NCBI GenBank assembly: GCA_045106435.1
Contig: JBGCEN010000057.1
Coordinates: 1-55,253 of the forward strand
Direction: 5' to 3'
DNA length: 55,253 bases
Source: Rhodothermales bacterium
Lineage (GTDB): Bacteria > Bacteroidota > Rhodothermia > Rhodothermales > JAHQVL01
Shown here: in pieces, positions 40,450 to 50,000 of the stretch
Numbering within the stretch: the stretch's first letter is position 1
Layout: each line of letters begins with the position of its first letter
Position numbers and translations under genes: made by a program
Notes under the pieces: generated by a model
Seen by the model: only the letters and a program-made list of their open reading frames with translations
Database searches by the model: none
What the model was told of the DNA's origin: nothing

Positions 40450-41223
40450 CTATCGGAAGCTGTAATTCGAATACTCTCCTCTTACATCGAAAAAGAGTGT
40501 TAAAATTCTACTGCGCCGGCGAGATTGTACCTTCCCTTCAAATCTCCGTTTGACAGGAACGTCGATGCCGCTTACGCGCTTGTAGTCGGTAACAACTTCG
40601 ATAGAAGAGCGACGGTCTGCCATTACAGCACGCGAACGAGTCAGGTATCCAACCTCCTGGTGAACCCAAAGCGTTACACGCTGATAGGGTACGCCACCGC
40701 GGCTTGGGACCATTTCGATTCGCCAGTGCATGGCACCGTTGATACGTTCTTCTTTTGCGTTACCAGATGGTTTCATTTGGTCGAATAACTGCAATGGAAG
40801 CGCAGGATCTTCAACTATGGGCGAGAACTCATCACTGAGTAAACTTCGAAACTGAGAGTACATATCATTCCAGTCGGAACGTGGTAATGATTGTCCATCG
40901 CTTCTAAATCCGGTAACATCGTTTTGCCAATTGTTATTACTGGCATAACCAGACACATTCAGATCAATCGTCGAATTCCAGGGGCCTGCTGGGCCATCTA
41001 ATCGGGACGTTAGCCTTTCACGCAAGGAAATGCGTTGGATACGTTGGCTGTTCTGGCGCTGGAGAGAGCGCCAAGCCTGAAAGAGCACACGAGCATCAGT
41101 ACGATTATTGGAACGTGCCTCAGAAATCATTTGGCCACGGCGAAGCTGCTGTGCTTGTGCAGGAGGAGATATGCACCACAGAACGCTCAGGCAAATAAAT
41201 AATATGGAGAGGCGTGTCATCAT
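40450..41223 (-). CDS. Secreted hypothetical protein, possibly LolA/RseB-like beta-sheet fold
   Basis: Signal peptide ..AQA-Q; EERING..HWRIEMVP, VTLWVH..G, DYKRVSGIDVP pattern. Confidence 0.7.
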   Translation of the reverse strand: MMTRLSILFICLSVLWCISPPAQAQQLRRGQMISEARSNNRTDARVLFQAWRSLQRQNSQRIQRISLRERLTSRLDGPAGPWNSTIDLNVSGYASNNNWQNDVTGFRSDGQSLPRSDWNDMYSQFRSLLSDEFSPIVEDPALPLQLFDQMKPSGNAKEERINGAMHWRIEMVPSRGGVPYQRVTLWVHQEVGYLTRSRAVMADRRSSIEVVTDYKRVSGIDVPVKRRFEGKVQSRRRSRILTLFFDVRGEYSNYSFR

Positions 41224-41279
41224 GAGTTAATTTGATAAATTACAACGATGGGATTATATGCATTGGAGGGCCCCTGAGG

Positions 41280-41300
41280 TGTCACGGAATTATCACGGTT
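41280..41300. promoter_or_regulatory. Candidate OmpR/PhoB-family binding box (direct repeat, 11-bp period)
   Basis: TGTCACGG-AAT-TATCACGG in the divergent promoter next to an OmpR-family regulator. Confidence 0.4.
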
Positions 41301-41450
41301 TTTCGGTTTTTTGCCGACCCGGTGCGTTGAGAGGACATAACTAGTATATTGTCAGCATCGCTCGTCACAACAAACGACTATCATATCAGTTAAATCGTCT
41401 CAAATTGACAACTTTGTAATAGCAAAAGATTGATTATTTAAAATAATACT

Positions 41451-42176
41451 ATGCAGGAACCCCGAATTTTACTTGTAGAGGATGATGCGGAGCTTAGAGC
41501 ACTTGTTGAAGGGAGGCTAAGGGAGTCAGGTTACAATATTCGGACCGCAGCTACCGGGACTGAAGCGCTAGAACGTGTAGAAGAGCAGGTACCTAATCTG
41601 GTTCTGTTGGACGTTATGCTTCCTGAACTCGACGGTCTTGAAGTCTGTCGCCGGCTCAGAGCCAAATATCCCCTTTTATATATCATCATGTTAACAGCTC
41701 GTGCCGATGAATTGGACCGAGTTGTTGGACTTGAAGTAGGTGCAGATGATTATGTAACAAAACCGTTTAGTTTACAAGAGCTTGTGGCGCGTGTACGTGC
41801 AGCACTTCGGCGCATGCGCCTTACAGCCGAGCAAAAACCTGAGGTTGAAAACGAGGATGAAGAGGCTACTTTGTCCTTTGATGACCTGCAGGTTGACCCT
41901 TTGCGCCGCGAAGTTCGAAGAAGCGGAGATTTAATCCGGCTCACCGTTCGTGAATTTGATTTGCTGCTCTTTCTGGCCCGCAATGCAGATCGGCCATTTA
42001 CGCGTACACAGTTGCTTGGAAAGGTTTGGGAAATACAGTACGAAGGGTATGACCGAACGGTAGACTCGCATGTGCAACGCTTGCGCGCAAAAATTGAAGA
42101 TGATGCCGGCAACCCCCGTTTTATCCGTACTGTTTGGGGCGTCGGATACAAGTTTCAGGCTGAATTAGAAGGATGA
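41451..42176 (+). CDS. OmpR-family response regulator
   Basis: LLVEDD, LLDVMLP, GADDYVTKPF, winged helix LTVREFDLL...RTVDSHVQRLR...TVWGVGY. Confidence 0.97.
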   Translation: MQEPRILLVEDDAELRALVEGRLRESGYNIRTAATGTEALERVEEQVPNLVLLDVMLPELDGLEVCRRLRAKYPLLYIIMLTARADELDRVVGLEVGADDYVTKPFSLQELVARVRAALRRMRLTAEQKPEVENEDEEATLSFDDLQVDPLRREVRRSGDLIRLTVREFDLLLFLARNADRPFTRTQLLGKVWEIQYEGYDRTVDSHVQRLRAKIEDDAGNPRFIRTVWGVGYKFQAELEG

Positions 42177-43741
42177 ATAGAGAAGAGCACGAGGCTGAAT
42201 CGGGTTTATCCCCTTGGTTCAGCCTCTCTCGATCTGCATTCTGGAAAGTTGCAGGAATTCTGATAGGTATTCAAATTGCTACAGGTCTGCTTGCTGTAGT
42301 ACTTAGTGCCTGGTTTGCTTACGATAGAAGTCTTGACCTCGTCGAGCAAACAATTCGTGTCAAAATTGATGATCTTGCTACCGAGATTGAACGCCGTGCA
42401 TTTCCTCCTGGAATAGCCCCTGAAAAGGTGTTTTCGTTAGCTGATTTACCTTCTTCTCTGGTACTGGATCTAAGTACGCGCTTTCCAGACCCAATCACGC
42501 TTCTTGATGAAAATGGCCAGGTTATCCGTACAATTCAGCCAGATGCCAGTGAGTTTGACCGAGACCTCAAGCCTGGACCCCTCGTTGTAAACACGCCTGA
42601 GGACATAGGCGCGCAACTCCTGAGAGATCGGGTAAGTATTTATACCGATAGTGATGAGATTGAAGGGGAGACCACCTATGGCCTCGCGCCGATTTATAAC
42701 GGCGGCGGTGATATTATTGGTGGCGTGCTGATTCAACCACTTACGAACTCCATCGATCAGGAAATTGTTGGTACGTATAAGGCCTTTTATGACGCTGTCA
42801 GGTACGTCATTGCAATTTCTCTTTTCACTGCATTGTTTATCGGAGGCTTCTTTACCTGGCGTATTGTAAAGCCATTACGAGATATGATGCAGCAGGTAGA
42901 AAGTATTGGTGCAGGCGACTATAGCGTGCGTGTTAATACTTCGTCGGAAGATGAACTGGGACGGCTTGCCAATGCAATTAACCTCATGGCTGAGGATGTG
43001 GAGCACAGCATGGAGGCATTGCGAGAGACTGACAAGTTGCGCCGGCAAATGATTGCGAATTTTGGTCATGATCTAAGGACACCCCTTGCTGCGCTGCTGG
43101 GCTATCTGGAAGAAACCAACCGCTATCTTGAAGGTGGACATCGTGAATCTGCGCTGGAATCTGTCACAACCGCAGAGCGGCAGGGGAAGTACCTGCAAAA
43201 GCTTATTGGTGATCTTTTTGAACTAAGCTTGCTTGACAGTGCGCAGGCGCCGCTTAGAAAAGAACCTATTCCACTCGCCGAATTGCTTACCGACGCTGCG
43301 AATACACACCGGCAGGTGATGAGTAAAGACGATATTTCGTTTGAATTGAGTCTGCCTTCTTCACTGCCAATGATTGAAGGAGATGGTGTCAGATTGTTAA
43401 GAGTACTGGATAACTTGATGTCGAATGCCAGGAATCATACGCCGGCTGGTGGCACAGTTACACTGCACTCTGAAGTTACTGAAACAGGCATTCTTATCGC
43501 CGTTCAGGATACGGGCTGTGGAATTAGTACAGAGGATCTAGGGCATGTTTTTGATCGATATTATAGTGGCTCTGGCCCGAGAACGCGTCGTAAGCGGGGC
43601 ACTGGATTAGGATTACCCATTAGTTGGGCCATTGCAAGGGCACACGGGGGCAGCTTGATTGCAGAAAGCGAACTCGGTGTAGGCAGTTCTTTTATTTTAC
43701 AGTTACCGTTTTCGGTTAAAGAGCCAGTTCCAGTCGTTTAG
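42173..43741 (+). CDS. HAMP-domain sensor histidine kinase
   Basis: 2 TM, HAMP (DELGRLA), H-box GHDLRTPL, N-box NLMSNA, DTGCGI, GTGLGL; ATGA overlap with the regulator. Confidence 0.96.
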   Translation: MNREEHEAESGLSPWFSLSRSAFWKVAGILIGIQIATGLLAVVLSAWFAYDRSLDLVEQTIRVKIDDLATEIERRAFPPGIAPEKVFSLADLPSSLVLDLSTRFPDPITLLDENGQVIRTIQPDASEFDRDLKPGPLVVNTPEDIGAQLLRDRVSIYTDSDEIEGETTYGLAPIYNGGGDIIGGVLIQPLTNSIDQEIVGTYKAFYDAVRYVIAISLFTALFIGGFFTWRIVKPLRDMMQQVESIGAGDYSVRVNTSSEDELGRLANAINLMAEDVEHSMEALRETDKLRRQMIANFGHDLRTPLAALLGYLEETNRYLEGGHRESALESVTTAERQGKYLQKLIGDLFELSLLDSAQAPLRKEPIPLAELLTDAANTHRQVMSKDDISFELSLPSSLPMIEGDGVRLLRVLDNLMSNARNHTPAGGTVTLHSEVTETGILIAVQDTGCGISTEDLGHVFDRYYSGSGPRTRRKRGTGLGLPISWAIARAHGGSLIAESELGVGSSFILQLPFSVKEPVPVV

Positions 43742-43785
43742 GTTGTCCACACAACCTGGAAAACACAAATCCGGAAAAGTGGCAG

Positions 43786-43824
43786 AAAAAAAGGGGCCAG
43801 ATATGAAAGTATCTGGCCCCTTTT
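43786..43824. terminator. Bidirectional intrinsic terminator between convergent kinase and hsp20
   Basis: AAAAAAAGGGGCCAGATA-TGAAAG-TATCTGGCCCCTTTT. Confidence 0.9.
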
Positions 43825-43855
43825 GCTATATCGTGTTCTATACGCTCACCGCATG

Positions 43856-44305
43856 TTAAGCAACTTTAACCTTGATTGGTTTAACTTCTTCCGCTTTAAG
43901 CAGCGTGATATTGAGCACGCCATCCTTGTATGCTGCGCTGATTTTATCGGTTTGTATTGCGTTAGGGATTTTGAAGGATCTTGAGAATACTCCTGAACGG
44001 CGTTCAGTGCGCAAAAAATTATGCCCTTCTTTTTCTTCCCTTTCGGCTTTTTCTCCTGATACAGTTAGCACACCATCCTGGAAATTAATGGCAATGTCTT
44101 TTTTATTCATGCCGGGCAGATCCAGTATAATCGAATATCCGTCTTCGTTTTCGCTTAAATCTACAAGCGGACTCCAGGCAGAGTGTGCTTCACTATGTGA
44201 ATGTTGACGGTGCTGTCCGGGGAAGAAGTCGTTAAAGATACGATCAAATTCGTTTTGCATACGGGCAAGATCACGACCAGGTGAGAAACGTACGATTTTA
44301 GTCAT
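43856..44305 (-). CDS. Hsp20/alpha-crystallin small heat shock protein
   Basis: WSPLVDL.E, DLPG, LTVSGE, ER..G.FSRSF, A.YKDGVLNITL. Confidence 0.97.
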   Translation of the reverse strand: MTKIVRFSPGRDLARMQNEFDRIFNDFFPGQHRQHSHSEAHSAWSPLVDLSENEDGYSIILDLPGMNKKDIAINFQDGVLTVSGEKAEREEKEGHNFLRTERRSGVFSRSFKIPNAIQTDKISAAYKDGVLNITLLKAEEVKPIKVKVA

Positions 44306-44377
44306 TTTGTATACCTAATGTGTTGTTTATAATAAACTTGTGGTAAAAGAATTTCGTTTGCAGACACGATCAACTTT

Positions 44378-44394
44378 TACAAGGGATGTGCCAA
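44378..44394 (-). promoter_or_regulatory. Sigma54-type -24/-12 promoter of hsp20
   Basis: Minus strand TTGGCAC-ATCCC-TTGTA versus consensus TGGCAC-N5-TTGCW; 72 bp upstream of the hsp20 start. Confidence 0.65.
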
Positions 44395-44531
44395 CCGAAG
44401 AAGTCTGACATATCGACAAGGCCGGTTGTATATGGCGAGAAATTTTGTCTGGGTCTACTGAAATAGTGTCAAGAGGAGAGAGGCGGTTCTGACAGGTGGT
44501 AATCAGATTGTCAGCGTAACTGCTGCAGGTT

Positions 44532-44566
44532 TGTCAGTGTATTTTTATGTCAGTGTATTTTTATGT
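44532..44566. repeat. Exact 16-bp tandem duplication upstream of hsp20
   Basis: TGTCAGTGTATTTTTA x2 plus TGT. Confidence 0.9.
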
Positions 44567-44884
44567 GCAAACGAAGTTGAATAGCAACTCTTGAGGATTA
44601 GAAGTGTCTTCGTCAGAGGTATAAAAACGGTCCAATGCGTAGAAAAATCAGAAATAGCTGTATTTTTTAACGCAAATCATTAAATTTCTTCAAGTTCTGT
44701 AAATTGATATCCCTTGAATACTGAATGAGGGGGTTGTAAAAAAATAGCTATCGTTTTTATACTATGTAGCTGTACATTTTGCGATTTTACAGATGAAATC
44801 GTTCTAAATAAGAAATTTACTAGGTTTATAGCCTCGTATAATTGTTAGAAAATAGTAACACTCATTGCCGGAGGGCAAAACAAA

Positions 44885-46093
44885 ATGAAGAAGCAACTAT
44901 GTCTTTTATGCAGTGTGCTCTTTGCAGGGTTACTGCTGCTAGGCGCAGGATGCGGAGGAGATCCTAACGTAGAAGGTGCAAAATTGGCTCTTACGCTGGA
45001 TGATGTTGATTATAATGATTACATCGCTAAACTTGACCAAAGTATTGCAGCAGATCCCACAAATGCAGAGGCATTCACGGTCAAAGGGAAACTCCTCCAG
45101 AAACAGGCTAGCGAAATCCGGGATGCTGATCAGCATATTTCCCTGATTGAAAAAATGGTTGAAGCCTATCAAGGTGCTTTGAACATCGAGCCTGAAAATG
45201 CTGAAGTAATTCAGAAGCTCAGAGAAGCTTATGTAAATGAGTTTCAGCTTGGTATCCAGGCCTTTAACCGTGGTCGGGAAGACGAATCAGCTTATGACGA
45301 AGCTGTGAAGTTTTTCGGCAGTACTTCAACCGTACAGCCTGACTCTGCTGGTCCTTACGTTAATCAGGCGTATGCGCTGATTAATGCCGGCCGGCAAGAA
45401 GATGCCATCATGCCATTTGAAATGGCTATTGAACGTGGCGAAAAAGATGCAGATACATTCCTGCTGCTCTCAAACATCTACCAGACACAAAGTGAGCTTG
45501 CCAAAGCGATTGCGTTACTGGAGAGCTCTCGTGAGATGTTTCCAGAGCGTGAAGACTTACAGTCTGCATTGCTGAATGCCTACATCTCTGATGGCCAGAT
45601 GGATCGTGCAATGAATGACTATTCAGCTGCAGTTGAACGCGAGCCAGATAACAAGCTGTATCGCTACAACTTCGGTACGCTGTTACTTGAAGCAGAGAAA
45701 TATGATGAATCTGCTGAGCAGTTTGCCGCAGCCATTGGTATTGATCCTGAATATGGCGTAGCTCACTACAACTTGGGCGCTTCATACGTTAACAAGGCGG
45801 TTGAAATCAACGAAGAGATCACAATGATTGACGATGATCTTCGGGCAAATCGCTCTAGCTATTCTGCTGCACAAATCAAGGATGCCGAAAACAAACTTGA
45901 TATGTTGACAGAAGAACGGAAAGGATTTTTTGTCAAAGCGGTTACCCCGCTTGAAGATGCGCGTAGACTCTTCGAGTCAAACGGAGAAGATGCATCTGCA
46001 GTTTGTACTGCATTATTCCAGTCCTATGTTCAGACTGGAGATGACACAAAAGCTGAAAGTGCTGCTGCCTGTGCTGGTATCGACCTAAATTAG
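44885..46093 (+). CDS. TPR-repeat lipoprotein
   Basis: Lipobox GAG-C; TPR units (AIGIDPEYGVAHYNLG, REPDNKLYRYNFG). Confidence 0.88.
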   Translation: MKKQLCLLCSVLFAGLLLLGAGCGGDPNVEGAKLALTLDDVDYNDYIAKLDQSIAADPTNAEAFTVKGKLLQKQASEIRDADQHISLIEKMVEAYQGALNIEPENAEVIQKLREAYVNEFQLGIQAFNRGREDESAYDEAVKFFGSTSTVQPDSAGPYVNQAYALINAGRQEDAIMPFEMAIERGEKDADTFLLLSNIYQTQSELAKAIALLESSREMFPEREDLQSALLNAYISDGQMDRAMNDYSAAVEREPDNKLYRYNFGTLLLEAEKYDESAEQFAAAIGIDPEYGVAHYNLGASYVNKAVEINEEITMIDDDLRANRSSYSAAQIKDAENKLDMLTEERKGFFVKAVTPLEDARRLFESNGEDASAVCTALFQSYVQTGDDTKAESAAACAGIDLN

Positions 46094-46208
46094 GTTCAGG
46101 ATTCATCTTTGGGGTGATTCAAGATCTATCGATGAACGTGATCGAGTACCTCAGAGCTGAATATTAAGATACAGCCATAAAGGCGTAGCAATTTTGCTAT
46201 CAGTTTTT

Positions 46209-46244
46209 AAAAGGCCCGGATATAAACTATATCCGGGCCTTTTT
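46209..46244 (+). terminator. Intrinsic terminator
   Basis: AAAAGGCCCGGATATA-AAC-TATATCCGGGCCTTTTT. Confidence 0.9.
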
Positions 46245-46360
46245 GCGTTTAGATTCCCCAGTGTGAAACAGTGCTAGAATCCGTGCATCTAAGCAGAAAA
46301 TGTTGTGCAGCAACGTGCACAATGGTGCTATTAGGCTATCATATTTTCAAACAAGCGCAC

Positions 46361-47530
46361 ATGCAAGTAGAAAAGACACTAGAGCAGGGTTTTGGAACCC
46401 TCGCCGTTCATGCCGGCCAAGAACCTGACCCGACCACGGGAGCCATCATGACGCCCATTTATCAAACATCAACGTATGTGCAGAAGTCCCCAGGTGAACA
46501 TCAGGGGCACGAATATGCAAGGGTAACAAATCCTACCAGAACTGCACTTGAGAAGAATCTTGCGGCGCTGGAATCTGCGGCATACGGTGTTTGTTTTTCT
46601 TCAGGTGTTGCCTGTACTGATGCCATATTGAAAGGACTCCGGCCCGGCGACCACATCATATCGACAAACGACTTGTATGGGGGCACCTTTCGTCTGTTTA
46701 GGCAAGTTTTCGAACCTTTTGGCCTGAACTTCTCTTTTGTAGATATGCGTAATCTGGACGAGGTGGCGGCTGCTATCACGCCGGCGACCCGCTTGATGTG
46801 GATCGAGACGCCGACCAATCCACTCATTCGTATTCTTGATGTCGAGGCGCTTTCGAAATTGGCAAAAGCCCATCAGATTGATGTCGCTGTTGACAATACT
46901 TTTTCTTCGCCTTATTTGCAGCAGCCTTTGAAATTAGGGGCTGATATGGTTATTCACTCCAGCACCAAATACCTGGGGGGACATTCTGACCTGATTGGCG
47001 GTGTGGTGTGTACCAGCAGAGAGGATTGGCATGAAAAACTACGTTTCCAGGTGAAATGCGCTGGCGCTGTTCCCGGCCCAATGGATTGCTTTTTGAATCT
47101 ACGGGGTACAAAAACGTTGCATATTCGCATGGAAAGGCATTGTGCCAACGCAATGAAGATTGCCAATTTCCTGAATGATCACCGTAAAGTAGGACGTGTT
47201 TATTACCCTGGTTTGCAGGATGATCCGGGACATGCGCTGGCTGCAAAGCAAATGCGTCTTTTTGGCGGCATGCTTTCTTTTACGCTGGAAAATGATAGCG
47301 TGGAGAATGCGATGAAAGTACTATCGGGCACGTCTGTGTTTGCGCTTGCAGAAAGCCTGGGTGGAGTAGAGAGTTTGATTGGCCACCCAGCGTCCATGAC
47401 GCACGCATCGATTCCTAAAGAAGATCGAGTTAAAGCGGGCCTGAGTGATTCTTTAATTCGTCTGTCTGTAGGTATTGAGGAAGTAGAGGATCTGATTTAT
47501 GATCTGGATAAAGCCTTGAGTACTGTATAG
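46361..47530 (+). CDS. Cystathionine gamma-lyase/synthase (Cys/Met metabolism PLP enzyme)
   Basis: PIYQTSTY, YAR..NPTR, ETPTNP, DNTF, SSTKYLGGHSD (PLP Lys), ESLGGVESL; ATG 46361. Confidence 0.95.
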   Translation: MQVEKTLEQGFGTLAVHAGQEPDPTTGAIMTPIYQTSTYVQKSPGEHQGHEYARVTNPTRTALEKNLAALESAAYGVCFSSGVACTDAILKGLRPGDHIISTNDLYGGTFRLFRQVFEPFGLNFSFVDMRNLDEVAAAITPATRLMWIETPTNPLIRILDVEALSKLAKAHQIDVAVDNTFSSPYLQQPLKLGADMVIHSSTKYLGGHSDLIGGVVCTSREDWHEKLRFQVKCAGAVPGPMDCFLNLRGTKTLHIRMERHCANAMKIANFLNDHRKVGRVYYPGLQDDPGHALAAKQMRLFGGMLSFTLENDSVENAMKVLSGTSVFALAESLGGVESLIGHPASMTHASIPKEDRVKAGLSDSLIRLSVGIEEVEDLIYDLDKALSTV

Positions 47531-47613
47531 AAGAGCGTGTAGAATTGTGTTAAAGCTGATTTGTGCTCAGTCAATTCTGCTGTTCTCACAATCACAGACT
47601 TGAACTTGTGGCT

Positions 47614-47657
47614 AAAGCGGGGGACAGGGAGAATTATCTTCTTGCTCCCCGTTTTTT
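47614..47657. terminator. Hairpin/terminator between convergent genes
   Basis: AAAGCGGGG..CAGGGAGA-ATTA-TCTTCTTG..CCCCGTTTTTT. Confidence 0.6.
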
Positions 47658-47658
47658 G

Positions 47659-48819
47659 TTATTCAACATTGACGCGAAGTTCGAAAACAGGGTTGGTGCC
47701 ATCGAGGTCGTTTTCGTCGGTGAAAGGCTGAGAATTTCCGCTATTGTCTGTAGCCCGTACACGGATTGTATGGCTGCCGGGTGTTGCATTCCATGTTGAT
47801 TCCCATAAGGTCCACACGCCTCTGAACGGATAGGCAAAGCCGGCGTCTTGTAGTTGAACGGTCTCTCTGATCTGGGGATTGCTGGACAGTACTTCGCTCA
47901 GGGGTAAAATGCGAGCCGATTCGAACGGCCCGTCATTGAAAGAAAGTTGGACGTCTCGAATACCGGCTTTCCCACTGAGAGCATAGCCGAATAACTTAAA
48001 AGCGCCGGCGGATATCGTTTGACCCTGAAGTGGGTTGGTCACTTTGTTGATTACACTCACTTCGCCGTCATCCACATAGCCCAACTGCTCCTGATAACTG
48101 CCAAATACCTCGTCAAGACCCGATACCTCAATGCGATTGAGCCACTTTACACTTTTATAGCCATATGCACCTGGTACGAGTAACCGGACGGGATTGCCGT
48201 GTTCAGGTGTGAGGGGGACCCCATTCATCTCGTAAACAAGCAGTGGTTCGACCAAGTCTTGATCAATGGGACCATATATCTGATTGAATTTCAGATTATT
48301 GGTAAAACCGTCAGAGCCGTAGAAGCGAATACGCTTACTCAGGACAGGGTCAATGCCGGCTCTGTCTAGAAAAATGCGAAGCGGTACGCCTGTCCAGATG
48401 GTCGTGCCAATCAAGCCAGGTACAAACGTTTCATCCACAATGCATCGCAAAGTCGAAAGAATACGCACGGCTTTATCTGATTCCTGCTGGATGTCGGCAA
48501 ACGTAAGTTGAAGAGACGTGTCAACTAAGCCGTCGATTATCATCGACCAGGTATTTCGAGATAACTGCTGGACTCCTGGCCAATTGGGAATAGCAGCCTC
48601 TCCGCCGTATTGAATAAAGAAGGCTTCGTCTGGATTATTGTGTTGAATTGGCGAGAGAAAAGGAATGTCTGTGCCGAGCAAGATTGGTTCAAAGCTGTTT
48701 TTCTCACAGCCGACCATGGGGAGTATAGATAAACCTAATAAAGTACTGCCGGCTTTTTTTATAAATTCTCTTCGAGGAGTTGAGCTAGCCTGTTTCATAA
48801 ATTCCTGAGCGAACTGCAT
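47659..48819 (-). CDS. Sulfite-oxidase-family molybdopterin oxidoreductase with Tat lipoprotein signal
   Basis: PRREFIK twin-Arg, MVG-C lipobox; TLRC (Mo-ligand Cys), WTGVPL, HGNPVRLLVPG.YGYKSVKW, C-terminal Mo-co dimer domain (VRATD..GNSQP). Confidence 0.92.
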   Translation of the reverse strand: MQFAQEFMKQASSTPRREFIKKAGSTLLGLSILPMVGCEKNSFEPILLGTDIPFLSPIQHNNPDEAFFIQYGGEAAIPNWPGVQQLSRNTWSMIIDGLVDTSLQLTFADIQQESDKAVRILSTLRCIVDETFVPGLIGTTIWTGVPLRIFLDRAGIDPVLSKRIRFYGSDGFTNNLKFNQIYGPIDQDLVEPLLVYEMNGVPLTPEHGNPVRLLVPGAYGYKSVKWLNRIEVSGLDEVFGSYQEQLGYVDDGEVSVINKVTNPLQGQTISAGAFKLFGYALSGKAGIRDVQLSFNDGPFESARILPLSEVLSSNPQIRETVQLQDAGFAYPFRGVWTLWESTWNATPGSHTIRVRATDNSGNSQPFTDENDLDGTNPVFELRVNVE

Positions 48820-49820
48820 TAAAATCTGACACGATATTCTATGCCTACAAACAAATCATTGGATACAATCGTGTTGCGGCCGTAGGGGGTGAGGAAATAC
48901 TGTGCACTAAAGCCGAGATCTGACAAGCCATAGAGACGCGTAATCCGAAAGGGGTATATCGCAAACCCTCCGCCGGCTTTAATGTATCTCTGTAGTGTCG
49001 GGATTGGATTGATGGCCGTGAATCCAATGAAAGGCTCTTCAACTGACCAAACCCCATTGGCTAAGGCCTGAAAGAAAAGCATACCATTCAAAAACATCAT
49101 GCCGGCTTCTGCGCTGAATACAAGCTCATCGCCGTAATCTGGCTGAAGGTCTCTTATACAATTGATATCGTTGCCTACATTGCAGTTGATCGCTTTTGAA
49201 AAAGCGTAAATGGAAGATCGGTAGCGATATCCTGCAGTGGTTTGTATGTATGCGGCTGTTGGGTAAAAGCTTAATCCAAATCCGAGAGAAGCCTGTGCGT
49301 CTAATTGACCAGCGCCGGCGCTGGGGGCAAAGTTTCTTGTATAGCCCATCGGCACATTGGCACTCAGGTTCAGAGCAACAGATACAGCAGAGGGTTTGGC
49401 ACCGAACAGGGGGAGTAGCGCGAGCCGGACGCCGATAGTGCCAGTCCCAATGGCAGAGGTCTGGTATTTGAAGGCCAGGTCTTCGACAAAGGTGCGCTTG
49501 TAGGGGAGGGAAAGTACAAGGGTTAGCTTTTCGAAAAGTCCAAATTCTCCGTACAAATACAGGCTTTCGTCTCGAAATGCATCTTTCTTTACCCCGTTAG
49601 AGAAGTCAACTGAACGGCCGTCAAAGGTATATTGCTTTGATGCAGAAACATTGCTGCCGGTAATTTTAATAAAGTGCTCACCTTTAGGCATGGTCCAGGC
49701 TTGGCCATAACAAGGTGTTTTAATAGAGGAAACGGAAATGATGATTATGAGGCTGGCAAATTTTATCCAGCGCACTGATCTAATTATTGTGGCCCGATTC
49801 CAAGGTTCTCTCGATAACAT
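48819..49820 (-). CDS. Hypothetical outer-membrane beta-barrel-like protein
   Basis: Signal peptide then QAWT; alternating hydrophobic strands (YLYGEFGL, TLVLSLPY); ends GIEYRVRF; TAATG overlap with the downstream gene. Confidence 0.75.
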   Translation of the reverse strand: MLSREPWNRATIIRSVRWIKFASLIIIISVSSIKTPCYGQAWTMPKGEHFIKITGSNVSASKQYTFDGRSVDFSNGVKKDAFRDESLYLYGEFGLFEKLTLVLSLPYKRTFVEDLAFKYQTSAIGTGTIGVRLALLPLFGAKPSAVSVALNLSANVPMGYTRNFAPSAGAGQLDAQASLGFGLSFYPTAAYIQTTAGYRYRSSIYAFSKAINCNVGNDINCIRDLQPDYGDELVFSAEAGMMFLNGMLFFQALANGVWSVEEPFIGFTAINPIPTLQRYIKAGGGFAIYPFRITRLYGLSDLGFSAQYFLTPYGRNTIVSNDLFVGIEYRVRF

Positions 49821-50000
49821 AGCTTCCCTTCTGGCCTTCGATAGCGTTTGCTTTCATAGCATTTTGTATCGGTTGCCGACAAATAACATACCACATGGCT
49901 TGTAATGACCAGAAAATATAGAAAAGATAGCTAATTTTCGAGAAGTCTTATTTTAAATCATGTTTCCACGCGGCCATATTATCGAACAGGAGAGGGCGTG

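Noticed and set aside
44532-44566. Tandem repeat considered as a CRISPR or VNTR remnant
   Set aside because: Only two adjacent 16-bp units, with no spacers and no cas genes
46094-46360. Possible SAM riboswitch upstream of the cystathionine lyase/synthase gene
   Set aside because: No SAM-I or SAM-II consensus seen; the hairpin present is explained as the terminator of the TPR gene
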